DNA of 64,000 nt from Amoebophrya sp. A120. Its lineage: Eukaryota; Protista; Dinoflagellata. Both the position numbers and the translations under genes were made by a program. The DNA lies in contig CAJINV010000001.1 of the NCBI GenBank assembly GCA_905178155.1, positions 5,474,757 through 5,538,756 of the forward strand, in the 5' to 3' direction. Each line of letters begins with the position of its first letter. Position 1 is the stretch's first letter. Below, piece after piece: positions 60,275 to 64,000 of the stretch. The notes beneath the pieces were generated by a model. The model was given only the letters and a program-made list of their open reading frames with translations, had not been told where the DNA came from and did no database searches.

Positions 60275-60441
60275 TATCTTATGTAAAAATGTCTGGGTCT
60301 GGAAGAATATAATTTGTGATATTGCATTTGGATTTCAAAAAAATCTGTATCGTAGGACATGCATCATAGACATCAGAAATCATACAAAACATACATGAGA
60401 AATGTCAGAATTTTCCAGACCCAGACATTTTTATAGACACA
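60275..60441. mobile_element. Non-genic copy of the myosin-intron MITE family
   Basis: TAAAAATGTCTGGGTCTGGAA (60284-60304) / TTCCAGACCCAGACATTTTTA (60413-60433) is a perfect 21-bp IR with the same core as the 55.4-kb TIR. The copies also share upstream GAGTATC and internal CAAAAAATCTGT...GCATCA.AGAC...TCAT.CAAAA. Confidence 0.88.
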
Positions 60442-60654
60442 TCTACCCTGGTAGAACCTTTTCGTGGAGTGACTGGAGGGAGTTTCCCCCCGTCCGTTTT
60501 TGTATATGGGCTGGCAGATCCCTAGAAGCTAATGCCTGGAGTTGTTGGTCTTCCACCCCTCTGAGTGGGGGCGGGGAAGGAGCCAACGCGGACGTAGTCC
60601 GCAGGTTTCGCGGGATAGTTTGCTGTGTGATGGATTCACATCGTTCTCGCGTCC

Positions 60655-60940
60655 TAATGAATGGTAGCTCATGTGCTCAGAGTGCACCGCAGTGCCATTC
60701 CGCCATTGAGGGCGCTTCCCAGCGGGGAAGGGTGATTTAGGAAGGTTGCGTTCTAATGAATGGTAGCTCATGTGCTCAGAGTGCACCGTAGTGCCATTCC
60801 GCCACTGAGGGCGTTTCCCAGCGGGGAAGGGTGATTTAGGAAGTTTTCGCTTTAATGGATGCTAGCTCATGTGCTCAGAGTGCACCGCAGTGCCATTCCG
60901 CCACTGAGGGCGCTTCCCAGCGGGGAAGATGGGTTTCAGG
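60655..60940. repeat. 99-bp tandem repeat, ~3 copies
   Basis: TAATG.ATG.TAGCTCATGTGCTCAGAGTGCACCG.AGTGCCATTCCGCCA.TGAGGGCG.TTCCCAGCGGGGAAG starts at 60655, 60754 and 60853. Confidence 0.92.
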
Positions 60941-62346
60941 ATGGTTTTGCGGTTTTTACAACTAGTAACTGGATTAGGAGGTCGAAGTACTAAGATGCCT
61001 ACTCATGGATATTTCTGTTTTTCGAGCCCCTGGGAATATGGGCTGTTCTTTGTTTTCGCTCCTCATTAGGGCAGGATGTTTCATTCCGAGCTCTGGCCCT
61101 CAAGCTCGGGGTCCTAGATTGGCTTGCTGGACGAGTTTGTTTTTGTTCGCGCTTCTGGGGAATATGCGGCAGTGCTGGAGAGCAATTTGGATGCTGCTCA
61201 GGGTGCAAGGCGGGTTTTGCTCGCCCTTCGATATGTTGCGGGTTTTTCAACTTACTAGCTACTACTCCGAGTAAGGGCAGGAGGCTCGGAAGCCTCGTTT
61301 GGGAAGCCCTGTCGGGGCCAGATGCCTCGCTGTGCTGGTTTTTAGCTTGAGAGCAGCTACTCCCCTGCCGGGTCGCGTCTCTACTCCTTTTTACACCAGA
61401 GAAGCTTCGCTTCGTCCTCGGTCTCAATGGGTCGGTAGTATAGTGCTGCGCGGTGTTGTCAGCGAGTGTACAAAACCTCCAGCCGGGAGCGCATGGGTCG
61501 ACAACTAGAGGCTTGGCACTTAGGGATGCGAGGTGGTGGGGCTCGCTGCAGTTCTATTGGCGATTGGTTTTACTAGGGTTGGCCCTGTTGACGGCGGTGA
61601 GGATACTTACTTTGTTTCGGATGCGCGTATAGCTCGCATTCCGTTGGGGGCGCGGAGCCAGTGTCTATTCTATCCTGCCTGTTGGCCGTTTCGATAGATT
61701 TATTTTAGGCTGGGGCCTGGATCATTTTACACATTGGAAGTTTTCCGTTCAGGGGCCCGTAGTGCTACCCTCTGCTTCGCTTTGTTGATACTGCGGTCTA
61801 GTGCATCTCTTTTCGCGGTGGAACTTCCCGGACCTGGGGCACTTCTGTTTTCGGAAGGCTGGCTAGATGCCTCACAGCGCTGGCACTTATCTCGGCGGCT
61901 GCCTTTTTCTTTTACTTTTTCGGATTGGCCTTACAGTCTCATCTGCACCACACCAGGGGAGCTCCGCTCTGTCCTCGGTCTCGCCTTGCTTTGGGAACAG
62001 GGGTCGTTTGGCACTGGCGGTACCCAATCCGTTACCCTTGCGAACTTGTTCCCTGGCTGGGGCTGGTGGTTTGGTGTCCCCTTCGTTCGCCCTCTGTTCC
62101 CATCGCGGGGCGGGGCCGAGGTTTTGTTTCGTGGATGATGGACCGCGCCAAAATTTGTCTGTGGCGCGGGCATTATTGTGGCGGGAAGGCCCAGCTGGGC
62201 TGGGGTTGAGTAGGGTGCGCTATTCGTGGCACCCTTGCGGGGTAGCTGGTCGTACTGGGGGTACGGAACTCGTCTTCGCGTAGACGTGCGTGGGGGTCTC
62301 CCGCTCGCTCGGGTCTAGTGGTTGAGAGGCCTACTAGAGGTTCTGG

Positions 62347-62350
<4 letters not shown>

Positions 62351-62378
<28 letters not shown>

Positions 62379-64000
62379 CTCGTGACAGGGTTAGGAGTCA
62401 CGCCAGGCGCGTGCAACGCCTTTGCTTTTGGTTGCTCCCTCGCCTCTGAGTTTTGGAATTTCCTACGAGGATTTTCGGTTTTCTAGCAAGGTTTGCCTGG
62501 GTCGATTTGGATCGACAGCAGTATTTTTCAGCCGATATTCGGACTTCTTTCCTTGCCTTCCAAGCGGGATTGTTGCAGCCTCGCGAACGGATGGGCCTCG
62601 GCCGTAGGAGTAGGGCACTTGGCGATGCTCAGCGGCAGTGAGTTGCTCACAAGCGACGGCCTGCTCTTTGGTGTTCGGTTGGAGTTTGCCGTACCTGCAG
62701 CGGCTGGGTTTGTTTCATCGGGCCGCTTGCTATTTTCCCACCCAGACAGTGGCTGGGGGCACGTTGGAGGTGCGACGCTATTCTTAGACTTGGTTAACCG
62801 GTCGGGAAATTTTGGCTTGCTGCGTGCCCTAGGGAGGCTACTTCTTGGAAGTTTCGGATGGCCCGCTTGTCTTGTCGGGTCGGCTAGGCTAGAATAGCTA
62901 CCGGGGGTGGTCGAGAAGGTTGTTTGTGTTTCCCTGGCGTTAGTCTGTTTAATCTGCTACTCTTGGATGATCGCATGGGATTTGAGTGCCACAGTGGGAA
63001 GCTAGCTTGGTGCTTGGCTGTTCTAGTCCGTCGCGTTAGCGCAGTGGTTTGTCACTTCTCGGGGGGAAGTTGCTGCTTCTGTTATGATGCGATGTGCTCT
63101 GCAGCTGACCACGCAACGCCTGAGCCTGATCGGGAATTCAGGCCGCCCGATTTGAACCTTGTTTAAGCTATTCGTCTCGCAATTCAATAGGCCCCGGGGT
63201 TGCCTAGCTCTCTCTCGCTCATCTTTTAGCCTATTTCGCTGTGTTCACGGTTATTGCCATCTGCTCTGCGACGTGGAATTTAGCCCGGGGGATTTTCCAT
63301 GCTCCTCGACTTTGTGTTTGTCCTGAGAACATCGCTTGCGTTCTGCTCCGGTGGGAGCTTGGTTTTACTGGTGTAGGGTGCCGCCGCTCGGCTACCTCGC
63401 GGACGGTCCTCTGGCTCTGCTGGTCTTGTCCGTCCCCATGGTGGATAGTGCGATCCTTGTCAGGAGGTGCCGTCGGCTACATTTCGCAGTCAATATTCTC
63501 AGGCGCGTTTGTTGGCCTTGCTTCCCTAGAGGCGGAAATCGGATGTCCCTGGAGGGGGCTGCTAAGAGGCGGGGTCTCGGTGCTTATGATTGGGGGGCTG
63601 TAGCGCCAGCCTTGAGGCTGCACTGGAACAGGTTTTGACTACCCGGCGCGTGGCCTTTTCTTGCGTAAATTTTCTGGAAGGGAACTATAGGCGCCTTTTC
63701 CGTGTTTCTAAGCTTTTTCGGGGAGGCGGACTTCGGGTCAGCAGCGATGTCTCGTTGTCCCGGTTTAGGAGTTTCCCTTCAGTAGCTTCACAGGGGTTTT
63801 GGCCCGGATGGTCGCGTCAGTAGGTTATAGTGAGTGCTCGCAGGGGCGAATGCAAGTTGTGTAATGGAGTCGAGTTTTGGACTTTGGTCGCCGAGGCTTT
63901 TTGCGCCGTCTCTGGGATCCTGGCGGGCGTTGTTCGCCTATGTGGATATGTAGCGCATGCTACGGGTTTTGTTGTGGAGTTTTACACTGTCCCCCTGGGG
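62351..64000 (-). mobile_element. Probable decayed poly(A)-tailed retroposed element (3' end), running off the window
   Basis: T28 run at 62351-62378 (poly(A) on the minus strand); minus strand is A/C-rich with no long ORF; no RT motif recognised. Confidence 0.35.

Noticed and set aside
60655-60940. 99-bp repeats as a CRISPR array or RNA gene cluster
   Set aside because: Units are contiguous and nearly identical with no unique spacers, there are no cas genes, the context is eukaryotic, and no tRNA, 5S or spliced-leader signature was recognised.
61560-61680. Minus-strand PTECELYA / KVSILTA as a Ty3 RNase H remnant
   Set aside because: The fragments are in different frames with wrong spacing; too weak to call.

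Overview
Gene-dense eukaryotic (alveolate) genomic DNA, most consistent with a parasitic syndinian dinoflagellate such as Amoebophrya (inferred from gene content and architecture, not from a database match). All ~22 protein genes between 1 and 59.7 kb lie on the + strand. They include a PAN/apple + discoidin adhesin, a Ser/Thr kinase, a PLAC8-like protein, a 3-copy orphan gene family, SF-assemblin, Nol9/Grc3, a NIPA Mg transporter, a PPPDE/DeSI peptidase, MFSD5, an SH3BP5-domain protein, Tctex1-type dynein light chain, eEF3-like ABC-F, Trm6 and a myosin. Most introns are short GT-AG introns. Six interruptions (185-305 nt) are instead unrelated miniature inverted-repeat elements whose ends read TAT(TAC)...ATA. 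In all six the reading frame is restored by removing the element plus 5 nt, which points to a 5-bp target-site duplication and a possible N|TAT...ATA|NNNN non-canonical splicing rule. One element family also has a free copy outside genes at ~60.3 kb. The last ~4.3 kb is repeat-rich and non-genic: degenerate AT-rich repeats, a 99-bp tandem repeat and a poly(A)-tailed degenerate relic on the minus strand. Exon structures were deduced by eye and need RNA-seq confirmation.
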